Assembly: GCF_032191835.1 (NCBI RefSeq)
Contig: NC_083223.1
Location: 142,166,001 to 142,230,000, forward strand
Direction: 5' to 3'
Source: Heteronotia binoei
Taxonomy: Eukaryota
DNA: 64,000 bases
This document shows, one piece after another, positions 1 to 11,042 of the stretch (positions are counted from its first letter, which is position 1; every line of letters begins with the position of its first letter). Both the position numbers and the translations under genes were made by a program. The notes beneath the pieces were generated by a model. It made no database searches. It had not been told where the DNA came from and was given only the letters and a program-made list of their open reading frames with translations.

Positions 1-51
1 CTGTTAGTTAGATTGGGAAAATAGGACATAGAGGAAGGTTTACATCTCCTC

Positions 52-589
52 CAGGGCTGGCCCGACGCCCTGGGGCACCCTAGGCAGACTTACTGCCTGG
101 AGTCCCCCCCAAAGCGCCCCCCATGGCTCCCCCCCACGGCTCCATGTCCCTTCCCCCCGCATGGTGTCCTGCCTGGTCCCCCTGCTGCTCTGCTCACCTG
201 CCCACCTGCTGCTCGCTCCCTTTGCCGGCTTCCCAGCCTGCGCGTTTTGTTAAGAGACAAAACACGCAGGCGTGAGCTGTGAAGCCGGCTAAGCTTACTT
301 TTAGCCAGTGAGCAGGGGGAAGGGAGTGAGCGAGTGGAGTGCCACCGCTCTTAGTGGTGGCGAGCAGGTGAGCGGAGCACCTGGGGGGGTGGGGCGGGCA
401 GGACGCCACACCAGGGGGGTTGGCAGGTGGTGGCGGCCCGGAGGGGGCTAACAGCAGCGGGGAAGGGAGAGGGAGGCAAGCTAAGTGCGTGCCTGGGGCA
501 CTGGAGGGGGGTGAGAGCCCAATTTGCCACCCTCGCCTCTTGGCACCATAGGCAACCACATAGTTTGCCTAGTGGGAGTGCCGGCCCTG
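52..589. mobile_element. Non-autonomous hAT-type MITE
   Basis: Ends CAGGGCTGG(52)...CCGGCCCTG(589) form a TIR. Flanks ATCTCCTC (44-51) and ATCTCCCC (590-597) are a 7/8 match to an 8-bp TSD. GC-rich interior with no credible ORF. Confidence 0.75.
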
Positions 590-2460
590 ATCTCCCCACA
601 TATTGCAAATCCAATTCAAACTGCTTCTCTGCACACCTGAAAATTTACACACATCTGCTTGGCAATCCCTTGACTTGACATAGGAATGGACCTGGGAACA
701 ATATGTTATGGAGATATGTACTGAGTGTCATGAGCATATGGGCATGAGGCATATAAGTTATTACCTAGTTCTAATGGTCCATTAATCAGTTATCAAGACT
801 TTAGAATTGGAGAAAATCCATTCCCTCACAGCAGCACTGATGCCTAATAGCAGAAATTCACATAACAAAGCCCTGTCATTTCTTAAAAATGAAAAGCAGT
901 TATATTTGAGACATGTTGAGAAGAGGTGCTTAGCCTTTTCTATGCCAGTTATTTTTTTCAGCTTCAAATTTCCCCTAAACTGATTTTATCCCCAATGGAG
1001 TTCCAGACATATACCTACAAGGGTAAGCACATCTGGAACTCCATGGGGGAAACCAACTGGGATGGTGCAATTTTCAGTAGAAAAATAGTCAGGATGCTAG
1101 AAAATTAATCAAACCTCGTTCTCCTACACTGTTCCTTCACACAAAATCAATGCCTCTGAAGTCCACTTTTAACTTTCACAGACTGCCAGAGCTTAATTTA
1201 CCTGCACCTGTATGGAACTTACACAGTTTGCCACAAATAAGGCTGTGGCAGAACATCCCTGCTCTCCCCTGCAGGCCCCATTTCTGCCTTGCCTTCCTTG
1301 GGTCCCCTAAGTCCCCTGGAGAGGCTTTTCTTGGTTAATACAAGAATGTATGAAGAACAGTTCAGTGAAATGGGCTTGTTAGTTAATGATTATAAATATG
1401 ATGTAAATGCTAAATTCATTTCTATAGGACTGGAGGAGTTCCATGACACTGACTTAGAACAAATGAAATAGTCCTGAAAGCCAGCCTATATTTCCTTAAA
1501 CTGAAGTCTGTTTTTTTTTTTTTTAATAAACCATGCTGTGCTGTAACAGGGGAGTGCTTAATGCATTTGTGTCAGGGAAGGCCTATTTATTCTGACAAAC
1601 TTATCAACCTCCAGGGCGTTCTTCCACCATGGAACTGATTTTACATCTCATCCATTATCTAATAAGATGTGAAAACAGTTTCCCATCTCACCCAGAGATC
1701 AGCCTTATTTCCATTGAAAGCAGCAGGATGAGATCATCAACCACAGAATTTCTTCCAGCATATTTAAAGAACTGTGGAAGAAGATAACTAACAGAACAAG
1801 CATTCACACTAACACAATTGTAACCAAACTAGCAGGGAAAATGAAAGTGAATATTATAATCCCCCCACCCCAAACATTGGATATATTATTTGAAAGTAGG
1901 CTTACACAATTAATGACCACCAATCCAACATAGCAACCCTCATAGGAAATCATCAGTTATGTTTTGTCTCTGGGTTGGTGAAACTGGATGTTGTCAAATA
2001 TAGTTCATGGCTGATGGGCTACATTTTGCTTAGTAGATCACCAGTTATGGAGACCTGTTTTAAAGTGAAGATAGTGACTGCAAAGCATTGTTTCCCCAAT
2101 AGAAAAATACTTTTGATTTATGGAATATGTCTAAAACAAATATTAGAGTGGCATCATCCAGGACTTTGCAAATAGCTTATTAGGACCTAGAGACAGGACA
2201 CCCTAAACATTAGTAGTGTTATACAAAGATGTAAAAAACCGAGTAAGTGATTAGAAACCACCTGACGTTCTGAACAAAGAAAACAGTAAAATTTGAAGCC
2301 CAGGTCATGTTTGTAAAAATATCTCAGTAACCAACTAATGTATACCTGCTGTCTGTGGAAATATACCAGTTCAGGAACAAGGAAGACTTCAGCGAGAAGA
2401 GGTTGCGGAGAAACAGGGAAATGACCCTGTTTGCTATAGTATTAACTAAGAGGCTGCAAA

Positions 2461-2545
2461 AATAAATATGAGTCTTGTGGCACCGTAAGGATTAACATTA
2501 TTCCAGCATGAGCATCCATGAACAAGAGCCCATTTTGCCAGCATG
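2461..2545. mobile_element. Degenerate Penelope-like element terminal fragment
   Basis: AGTCTTGTGGCACCGTAAGGATTAACATTATTCCAGCATGAGC resembles the same terminal motif as the 6860 and 24856 copies. Highly decayed. Confidence 0.4.
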
Positions 2546-3452
2546 TTTGTAGAAAAATGAAAAGAACAGAAATAATGACCGAAGGCATGCAAGTAAATTC
2601 AGTCATAATAGTCTTAACAATGGCAACTACCAGTTTTGAAACTATATAGGATGTGGAGTACAGACAGAGAAGAAAAAATTGAACTCATATACCATACATA
2701 AAGCACTTCAATGTCATGCTGTGATGAAGATTTCAAAGATGGAGAGCCAAGGTGAGTGATTTGCCAAAGGCTATCCACTAAGTCCTCTACTTATTTGCTA
2801 TTACTGAAATGAGAATTCTCAACCTCGAGGTGGGCTTGGTGTTCTTTCAGAATTAAAACTTGGCTTCAGAGATTACAGAGAGGTAATGTCAGCTTCAAAG
2901 GACATCACTTCCCTTTTGAAATCCCTCACATTACTATCCATGTTATAATAACATTTAAATATTGCCTTTTTATAGCTGTTCACATGTCTGGATTATTATA
3001 CTTGCAACACTTCCAAAGAACAGCACATGCTGCTGAGCATATTAAGAAATTCAAGCTAAATAATAATAGAACTTTTAAAAGTGCTGTTTCCATAAGATGG
3101 CAGCAGTGGTACATGAATCAGCTACAATAGATAAAACTCAGCTAGGCTGAATGAATGTCATGCTGAATAGCCAGGACTCAGTCCAGGGTTACTAAAAGCT
3201 GATACACACAAAACTGGTTCTGACAAGCCTGCCTCATAAAGAGAAATAGTATTCAGATACACTGGGACATATGAAAAGGAGGAGAGGCTGACTGCTATTT
3301 CAAGGACACCACTTTTTCTTAAGCAGGCTCAGTATGGCGACAACTTTCTTAAATGGGTATCCAGAGAATAAGATTTCAATAATTAATTATAGTAAATTTA
3401 GATGCAATGGCACTCTGCCTTCATTCACTATCATTTTCAGGGCTATGTGGGG

Positions 3453-3471
3453 AGCAGCAGCAGCAGCAGCA

Positions 3472-3534
<63 letters not shown>
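3453..3534. repeat. Compound microsatellite (AGC)7(AG)~30
   Basis: Read directly from the sequence. It produces the spurious poly-Q/ER ORFs in the track. Confidence 0.98.
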
Positions 3535-3537
<3 letters not shown>

Positions 3538-4189
3538 TACTCTGGCTAGAGAATACAGACATCACTTCTGTAGTTTTGCCTCAGGCAAACCCACTACTGT
3601 GGATAAATTTAAGTTACCATAGGACAGGTAGTGAGTGCCACAGAAGCCTAATCTCCGTTTACTGATAAGGGAGAAGCAGCTTCTAGGAAGGCCAAGCATA
3701 TTCAGAGGAACCTCAGAGGAGGAGAGAAGAGCTACCTTATTAAACTGGGATTCCTGACAATAATGATTCAGGGCAATGGAGCAGCAACATTAAAGGGAGA
3801 CACTATGCCAGTGGGGTGTGTGTGTGAGGTTGCAGAGTTCTCTTCCTCAAGAAATGTGTTAGGCCCTCCCTCTGCTTACTGCCAAATTACAGAGTGCCTT
3901 TTTTTTCTCCATCTGTTAGTCTGGATGGTATCTAATTTTTCCCTCATGCACAGGAATGCTTTTAAAATACTTTTTAAAATTCATTTTGAATACTTAAAAA
4001 AATCCTTTGTGATACTGCGGTTTTTATGGACTTGAGTGTTTGTCTACTAGATTGTTTGATAGTATTACTATTATGATTGTTACCCACTTTTGCAAGTTCT
4101 TTCTGGATTTAAAAGTAGACTAATATTTTTAAATTATTAAACAAAGGGGCACAACTGCTGGCACCATAACATTTAGGATGGCTATTGTT

Positions 4190-4403
4190 TAGGATTACCA
4201 ACCTCCAGGCAAGGCCTGGAAACTCTTGAAATTACATCTGATCTCCAGACTACAGAGATCATTTCCCCTGGAGAAAATAGCACCTTCAGAGAGTGAACAC
4301 TGGCTGTATACTCCACCATCCTGTCCCCAGATCCCTCCCTCCCCAGACTCCACCCCTAGATCTTCACCCTTAGGTATTTCTCAAGCTGGAGCTGGCAACC
4401 CTA
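4190..4403. mobile_element. TAGGGTTGCCA-family MITE (hAT-like)
   Basis: Ends TAGGATTACCA...TGGCAACCCTA. Body shared with the copies at 4589, 6255, 36577 and 56031. Confidence 0.7.
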
Positions 4404-4588
4404 CTTTTTGTATATGGCTTTCTGAAGGGCCTTTAGGTTTGATTCTATGACCTCAGGAGGAGGCCAGAGCAAATGAAAGGGACTGCAGGACTCCAGGATG
4501 CCATACAAGACTTTTGCTGCACCTCAATGAGCTTTCAGAATAGCCTCTGTTCTCACAAGCATATCATGATTCTTGTTCATAACAGCAT

Positions 4589-4804
4589 TAAGGTTACCAG
4601 CTCTGGCTTGGAAAATACCTGGAGATTTTGGTGGTGGAGCCTGAGGAGGGCATAGTTTGGAGGGGAGGGTCTCCAGTGAGGTATAAAGCCATAGAATACA
4701 CCTTTCAAGGTATCCATTTTCTCCAGGTGAACTGATCTCTGTTGTTTAGAGATCAGTTGTAATCTTCTGAAATCTCCAGCTAACACCTGGAGGTTAAGGC
4801 AACC
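4589..4804. mobile_element. TAGGGTTGCCA-family MITE (hAT-like), opposite orientation to the 4190 copy
   Basis: TAAGGTTACCAG...GGCAACC ends and the same body motifs (GGAGATTTTGG, GATCTCTGTTG). Confidence 0.65.
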
Positions 4805-4832
4805 AAACAGAGTAACGCGGAAATTGGAGCAG

Positions 4833-5087
4833 GAGAAAAGGCACCCAAGCCTCTGTGAAAAACCAGCCTCTATCAATATACAATATACTTATCACCAATT
4901 TTTATGCAAAAATGTAGAATATTTGTAAATTGATATTTCAAACTGGTCACTGTTCTTATTATTTGAATGTGATTTATTTCAATATCAATTTATAAATATT
5001 CTACATTTTTGCATAAAAATTGGTGATAAGTATATTGTATATTGATAGAGGCTGGTTTTTCACGGAGGCTAGTGTGCCTTTTTCTCT
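4833..5087. repeat. Long inverted repeat (arms ~105 bp, spacer 43 bp)
   Basis: 4833-4937 is the reverse complement of 4981-5087. The inner ~82 bp has 1 mismatch; the outer ~24 bp is more diverged. Confidence 0.95.
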
Positions 5088-5707
5088 ACCACCTGGAGGT
5101 TGGTAAGTTTCTCTTCTGCTAGCATTGGGTCTAAAGAAATATTTGTGTCATGTTGTTTTCCCTAAGAGTCAACTATATCCATGGCACATATGTTTATGAG
5201 CACGTTCTGTGAAGTATGGTTTGGAAGATTTACAGCCAAAAGGAATTTGTTTCAGTTAAGTAGGATAGCAGTGATAGAAAGGCAAATTCCAGTATGCCTT
5301 TCTTTCTTTTTTCAGATTATCTCCTTGTGATTCATTAATACAATTTCCAATAAAGTTTAGCTCAATCCTTGTCTATCTTGTTCTGAAATTTGGGTTCTTC
5401 TTTAAATGGTTTACACATGAGCAACTATTTTGCAATTTCCTCAGTTTCAGACTTCCCTGCACAGCAGAAAGGCCCATTGAGCTGAAAAACACCATGATTA
5501 CATCTCTGCAGCAAAATAATTATTTCAGAACTCAAATGATTCTGGCTGTAATAAATCAGCATATATTGACAACAGAAACTGCTTCCCAGCAATAAGCAAA
5601 ACCCTAAAAAAATCTATCAAATCTGATTCAACAACTTGCTGTTTTCTTGGTTTTACTCTGGATTTTTAAATATGCATAACAATCACCCAGCTCTTATAGA
5701 ACATAGC

Positions 5708-5903
5708 CAGAACTTTTTTTGAGCAGGAACGCACAGGAACACAGTTCCGGCTGGCTTGGCATCAGGGGTGTGTGGCCTGATATGCAAATTAGTTCCTGCT
5801 TGGCTTTTTGCATAAAAACCCGTGTAAAACAATGGGGACATCAGGGGGTGTGGCCTATTATGAAATGAGTTCCTGTTGGTTCTTTTCTGCCAAAAAAGCC
5901 CTG
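5708..5903. mobile_element. CAGGGCTT-family hAT MITE carrying octamer/CACCC subrepeats
   Basis: Degenerate left TIR CAGAACTTTTT and right TIR AAAAGCCCTG. TSD AACATAGC/AACATAAC. Confidence 0.8.
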
Positions 5904-6029
5904 AACATAACTATGTGATCATTAATACATAGTAACATAACATGCTAATTCTACATTCCGTATAGACATCTATAGCTTCTAACAAGGGCTCACAGTTACA
6001 GTTGGTAAAAAGCCAACAGCCTAGACTTT

Positions 6030-6186
6030 TACTATATTATTGTTATGTTTATGATTTTAATAATATTTTATTATATTTATGATATTGTAATTTTGACGAT
6101 ATTTTAATGTTATCATCATTGTTGTTGGAAGCCACCCTGAGCCATTCATGGAAAGGACAGGGCATAAATTAACAGAAATAAATAAA
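6030..6186 (+). mobile_element. L2-type LINE 3' tail fragment
   Basis: AT-rich UTR followed by GGAAGCCACCCTGAGCC...GGGCATAAAT and an (AAAT)n tail. Same motif as the L2 tail at 18681-18700. Confidence 0.6.
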
Positions 6187-6254
6187 TTGACAGAGAAGTC
6201 CAAATTCTCTAATTTTAACCATAGTTTAGCAGAATCACTCAGGTCATCTGACAC

Positions 6255-6454
6255 TAAGGCTGCTAACTCTGGGCTGAAAAATTCTTGGAGGTTTGGGGGT
6301 GGATCCTGGAAAGGGTATAGTTTGGCAGGGTGTAATGCCATAGAGTCCATCTACCAAAGTAGCCATTTTGTCCAGGGGAAATGATTTCTGAAGTCTTGAA
6401 ATAAGCTGTGATTCCAGGAGATCTCTAAGTCACACGTGGAGGTTGGCAACCCTA
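6255..6454. mobile_element. TAGGGTTGCCA-family MITE (hAT-like)
   Basis: TAAGGCTGCTAA...TGGCAACCCTA. 8-bp TSD TCTGACAC/TTTGACAC (7/8) supports hAT. Confidence 0.75.
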
Positions 6455-6859
6455 TTTGACACACATGTCCTCCATGTCACTAGAGGTTGGAATACATTTT
6501 AGGCAACACTGAAAAGAAATAGAGAAGCAAATGGGCACTTCTTAATTTACTAACAGGTGGCAATGCAGAAAATCAATTTATGAATCTCCCCATAATATAA
6601 TTCTCCAGACATGACTCTGCAGTTGGCCTGCCAACTGCCATTCAACTTTACTGTGATCTGATTAATTGAGGATTGAGCCACTGCTTCACAGAACAGAGAA
6701 AGAAAGCCTTCCCTCTCCCTCAACTGGCTGAGGGAGGAAGGAGGTGGGAAAGAGCCAGAGAAAGTCTCCCCTCAATTGGCTGAGGGCTCACCTCCCTCTG
6801 GAAGGGAAACAACAGCCAGAGAGAGAGAGAGAAAAGAAAATGGTGTCCCATGCCAGCAG

Positions 6860-6938
6860 ACCAACAACCTAGAATAAGACTGCTGCCAGTCTTATTCTAG
6901 GTATAAGCTTTTGTGTTCCTCCATACTTCTTCAGATAC
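6860..6938 (-). mobile_element. Penelope-like terminal fragment with degenerate hammerhead core and 15-bp hairpin
   Basis: Minus strand reads GTATCTGAAGAAG-[stem II]-CAAAAGCTTATAC. Perfect hairpin CCTAGAATAAGACTG-ctgc-CAGTCTTATTCTAGG at 6868-6901. Confidence 0.6.
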
Positions 6939-7127
6939 AGAGAGAGAGGGAGGGAGGGAAAGCCAGTGAGAGCAAGTCACACACAGAGAGAATGGAGCCC
7001 TGTGTTTGACCAAGAACATTAGGTTTTGTGTGCCTGCGCATTTCTTCTTCAGAGAGAGAGAGTAAGGGGAGGAGAGAGAACCAGAAAGAGCCAGAGAGAA
7101 AAAAAAATGGAGTCCAGTGTTCAAGAT

Positions 7128-7315
7128 CAGGGCTTAAATCTAGCAGGAATTCATTAGCATATTAGGCCACACCCTCTGATGTCACCATTGTTTCACACAG
7201 GGCTTTTGTGGGAAAAGTCCAGCAAGAACTCATTTGCATATTAGGCCACACACCCCTGATGCCAAGCCAGCCGGAACTGCATTCCTGTGGTTTTCTGCTT
7301 TAAAAAAAAGCCCTG
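7128..7315. mobile_element. CAGGGCTT-family hAT MITE
   Basis: TIR CAGGGCTT...AAGCCCTG. TSD TTCAAGAT/TTCAAGAC. Confidence 0.85.
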
Positions 7316-7348
7316 TTCAAGACCAATAACAAAAGCCCTGTTCAAGAC

Positions 7349-8960
7349 GAACCTAGTGCCATCCATGGCGACACTGGGACTCTCCCAAGTTTACAACACC
7401 CACTCACCAGGTGGGGCACATGCTGGACCTGATCTTTGTGATGGGGCTTGCAGTGGAACGGATTGCTGCGGAAGTGGTGCCATGGTTGGACCACTATGCC
7501 CTAAAGGCCCGTGCGGATGTCCCACCTCAAGCCTGTTTAGGCGGCAAGCATATTTTAGCTCGCTCAGAGTCTAATGGTCCAAATGGCTCTTCGGGGTCCC
7601 TGGCCCCCTGGCGATTCTCTAGATGACCTGGTATGACCGATTCTCTAGATGACCTGGATGACCGACTCTCCAGGACCATTGAGAGATCACACCACGGCAC
7701 CCTCTGGACCCCCGTTCTAAGCTCGCACTGTGGTATACCCCGGAGCTGCGGCTGATGAAATGGGGGCTCAGACGGCTAGAGAGGCAGTGGTGGTGGACTC
7801 GAGACGAAGCAATCAGAACATCTTATAGAGAGTTTATTACCAACAACCTAGAATAAGACTGCTGCCAGTCTTATTCTAGGTATAAGCTTTCGCGCCCAAG
7901 ATTGCATCTGCGACATCGCACCCAGCACAAGGCAGTCCAAATTGTAGGGAATTGGATATCGACTGTGAAGCTTTTGCGAATTTTTTCACAGACAAGATCT
8001 TGTCGCTCCGTCATGACCTTCCTGCTACAGTTGAAACAGTATGTGAACTTGAGGCTCCATGCCTGACTTCCGGACCAGCTTTGGATCATTTTAAAATGCT
8101 CAGTTTGGAGGAAGTTGACAGAATACTTTCCACTGTATGCCGAACAACATGTGATCTGGACCCATGCCCCTCTTGGCTAATTAAAGCTTGCCAGAGGGAG
8201 CTAAGATATCCTATATGGGATATCGTAAATAGATCTCTCTCAGAAGAGCTTTTTCCAACATCTCTTAAAGAGGCAGTGGTCTGCCCTCTCCTAAAAAAGT
8301 CCATCCGAGACCCGGCCAAATTGGCACACTATCGACTGGTCTCAAATTTACCCTTTTTAGGGAAACTTATTGAGAGGGTAGTAGCACTACAGTTACAGAG
8401 TTTTCTGGAGGACACTTCCATCCCAGACTCCCACCAGTCCGGCTTCCGCCCAGGCCAAGGGACAGAGACAGTTCTGGTCGCCCTAGTAGATGACTTCCAG
8501 TGGCATCTGAATCGAGGCGGCTCGGCGGTACTGATTCTGTTAGACATATTGGTTGCGTTTTATATGATTGACCATCAGCTGCTAGCCCACCGCTTCACTG
8601 ACACAGGAATTCAGGGGCTAGCCTTACAATGGCCTTCTTCTTTCCTATGCAGTTGGGGACAAAGGGTGTCAATTGGGGGAGAGTTGTCCCAGAGACACCG
8701 GCTTAACTGTGGTGTGCCTCAGGGGACGGTTCTATCCCCAATGTTGTTTAACATCTACATGTGACCTCTTGCCCAGATTGTCCGGAGGTATGGGCTGGGT
8801 TGCCATCAGTACACTGATGACACCCAGCTCTATCTACTTATGGATGGCCGACCTGACAATGTCCCAGAAAGCCTGGATCAGGCGCTGAAGGCCATGGCTG
8901 GTTGGCTTAAGCTGAGCTGATTGAAACTGAACCCAACGAAGACAGAGGTCCTTTGCCTGA
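7349..8960 (+). pseudogene. L2-clade LINE ORF2 fragment (C-terminal endonuclease plus most of RT), disrupted
   Basis: GHMLDLIF...PWLDHY endonuclease end, then YRLVSNLPFLGKLIE, QSGFRPGQGTET, GVPQGTVLSP and Y(T)DD RT motifs. Stops and frameshifts present. Truncated at both ends. Same family as 13175-14475. Confidence 0.9.
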
Positions 8961-9363
8961 ACATCCTGGAAGGTTAAAATGTTCTTCCATTTGTTTTTCA
9001 ATTGTAACCGGGAGGTGCTGCCTATCCAATGGGAGCACCCTAACAAGCAGTGGGGTCCCCATTTTCTGACCTGAACCAGAGTTATCTGTCAGAAACAGGC
9101 CAGTTAGAACACTCTCTGTATGGGCCAAGGAACTTGCCCAGGCTTGTCTGACAGCATAAGGTTACAACGCAGGCATCCTCCAGGCTAACTCCTGGCTCCC
9201 CTCCCCCTCCACCCAGCAATAGAATGTGTGAGACAATGGGTTCACAGGTAAAGTGTATCTTATTCCTTAATCTCTGGCTAGCAACTAATGGCTAATCTTT
9301 CCTACCTTCCTGCTCCAATTAAGCTTTTTTTGTGGTTTCTATGAGCCACTGCTCAAACCTCCT

Positions 9364-9511
9364 TCTGTTCTGCACATTTTGTTAAATGATAAAAGTGTGA
9401 GGCCCTTCCCAAGAGCCTCAGCCTGGCCGTTCCATTATGTGGGAACCACCACAGGGATGTATTTGGGCAGCTGCCAGTTCTATCTGTTTGCAGAGTGACA
9501 CCTTCAAGAGG
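9364..9511 (-). mobile_element. L2-type LINE 3' coding-end fragment (copy A)
   Basis: About 88% identical by eye to 10492-10640. Minus strand resembles the AFSVVAPTLWN...TELF C-terminal region of L2 ORF2. Confidence 0.6.
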
Positions 9512-9760
9512 AGCCAGTTTGGTGTAGTGGTTAAGTGAACGGACTTTGATTCCCCACTCCTCCACTTGCAGCTGCTGGAATGGCCTTGGGTCAGCCATAG
9601 CTATCACAGAGCTTGTCCTTGAAAGGGCAGCTTCTGAGAGAGCCTCTCAGCCCCACCCACCTCACAGGGTGTTTGTTGTGGGGAGGAAGACAAAAGAGAT
9701 TGTGAGCCACTCTAAGACTCTGAGTGGAGGGCAGAATATAAATCCAATGTCGTCTTCTTC
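9512..9760 (+). mobile_element. tRNA-derived SINE with L2-like 3' tail (Squam2-like)
   Basis: AGCCAGTTTGGTGTAGTGGTTAAG A-box head, conserved body, GGGCAGAATATAAAT plus (CTT)n tail. Three further copies in the window. Confidence 0.85.
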
Positions 9761-10439
9761 CCTTCCTGTATTCCTTTCAGAGTGTCAAAATGAATAGTAA
9801 ACATTAACACCATCATGGCTCTTCCTGACACCCATTAAAGGGTCATTCCCACCTTTTGTCTTGAACTGGGAATCTATTCAGGCACTCAGAAAAGACCTAT
9901 CAATGATCATTTACTCAATCATATTCCAGGAGTAGGTCTTCACCCCTCCAAATGCTTTATAAACTAAGAGTAAACCACACCTCGGTGTTCAATCTGTAAT
10001 GGCCCTCTTAAGATATGGCACAATGGCTGTGCATGTCCCCATCTTTAATTTCTGCATGGACTTCTGCACATCTGGATTAGGTAAATATCATCTCTGTAAC
10101 AAGCCCTTAAAGTCTCTAGTCCTCACCCCTGATTTCCTTAGCCTCTTGATGCTTATTTGTAACTGTATTCCTACATATTTTTCAAAGTAAACATTTCAAA
10201 CTATTTTAATCCGGAGTCTTCTTTCTGATACTGGATCTTCATATTATTGGTGCGAGAATCCTGCTCCAAAATAGCTCCACCTAAGTCTATCTCTTGCTAA
10301 TTTCCCCCATCAAAAGAGGAGAGCCAGTATTTCTGGTAACACAATGTTTCTAATAGCAGTAGAAAAGAGCTGCCAGTGTGTTTGTGGTACACAGAATGTT
10401 GCAGTGGAGGTTTCAGACTCAAGTGGGAAGGGTCGTGTG

Positions 10440-10872
10440 TGTGGCTCAGAAAATAGTCTTTCAGCTAGAAGCAAAATGCCCTCCCGAACAATTCTGTTCT
10501 GCACATTTTGTTAAATGATAGAAGCGTGGGGCCCTTCCCAAGAGCCTCAGTCTGGCCGTTCCATAATGTGGGAACCACCACAGGGATATGTGTGGGCAGC
10601 TGCCAGTTTTACCTGTTTGCAGAGTGGCACCATCAAGAGGATTAGCTTACACAAATACAGCTGTCATGACAGAGCACTGCAGAAGAGGTGGTCCTGCAGG
10701 TATGCAGCTACAGTGCCATTAAGGGCTTTGCAGGTGATAGAACGTTGAATGGGGCCTTGGTAACTGGAGGGTCTGCAGAGCGAGAGTTTGGTGCCATTAA
10801 GGGCTTTGCAGGTGATAGAACATTGAATGGGGCCTTGGTAACTGGAGGGTCTGCAGAGCGAGAGTTTGGTGC
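10440..10872 (-). mobile_element. L2-type LINE 3' fragment (copy B) with internal 78-bp tandem duplication
   Basis: Minus strand encodes ITCKALNGTVAAYLQDHL, matching ITFKALYGLGPAYLRNRL of the 13228 L2 ORF, followed by the C-terminal region. Confidence 0.7.
10713..10872. repeat. Tandem duplication, 2 x 78 bp
   Basis: Units start at 10713 and 10791 and differ by one mismatch (AACGTTG/AACATTG). Confidence 0.97.
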
Positions 10873-10879
10873 ATAGTGG

Positions 10880-11042
10880 AGAGGTCATAGCTCAGTGGTA
10901 GAACATCTGTATTTGACATGCAAAAGGTCCCAGGTTCAATCCCTAATGTCTTCAGTTAAAGAACTAGGAAGTAGGTGAACTGCTGCCAGAATAAATAATA
11001 CTGACCTTGATGGACCAACAGTCTGATTCAGCATAGGGCAGC
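10880..11042 (+). mobile_element. Squam3-like (MIR/Ther1-related) SINE, decayed
   Basis: A-box TAGCTCAGTGG, B-box GGTTCAATCCC, then the CTGCTGCCAG...GATGGACCAACAGTCTGATTCAG body shared with 43131-43345. Confidence 0.75.

Noticed and set aside
1289-1471. Acidic peptide MYEEQFSEMGLLVNDYKYDV... as a terminal exon
   Set aside because: No convincing acceptor site and no recognisable homology; about 40 codons can occur by chance.
3334-3665. Three ORFs with poly-A/S/Q and ER repeats
   Set aside because: These are translations of the (AGC)n(AG)n microsatellite.
10713-10872. CRISPR-like or functional repeat array
   Set aside because: Two adjacent units with no spacers in a vertebrate L2 fragment; the same applies to the 21-bp minisatellite at 49375.
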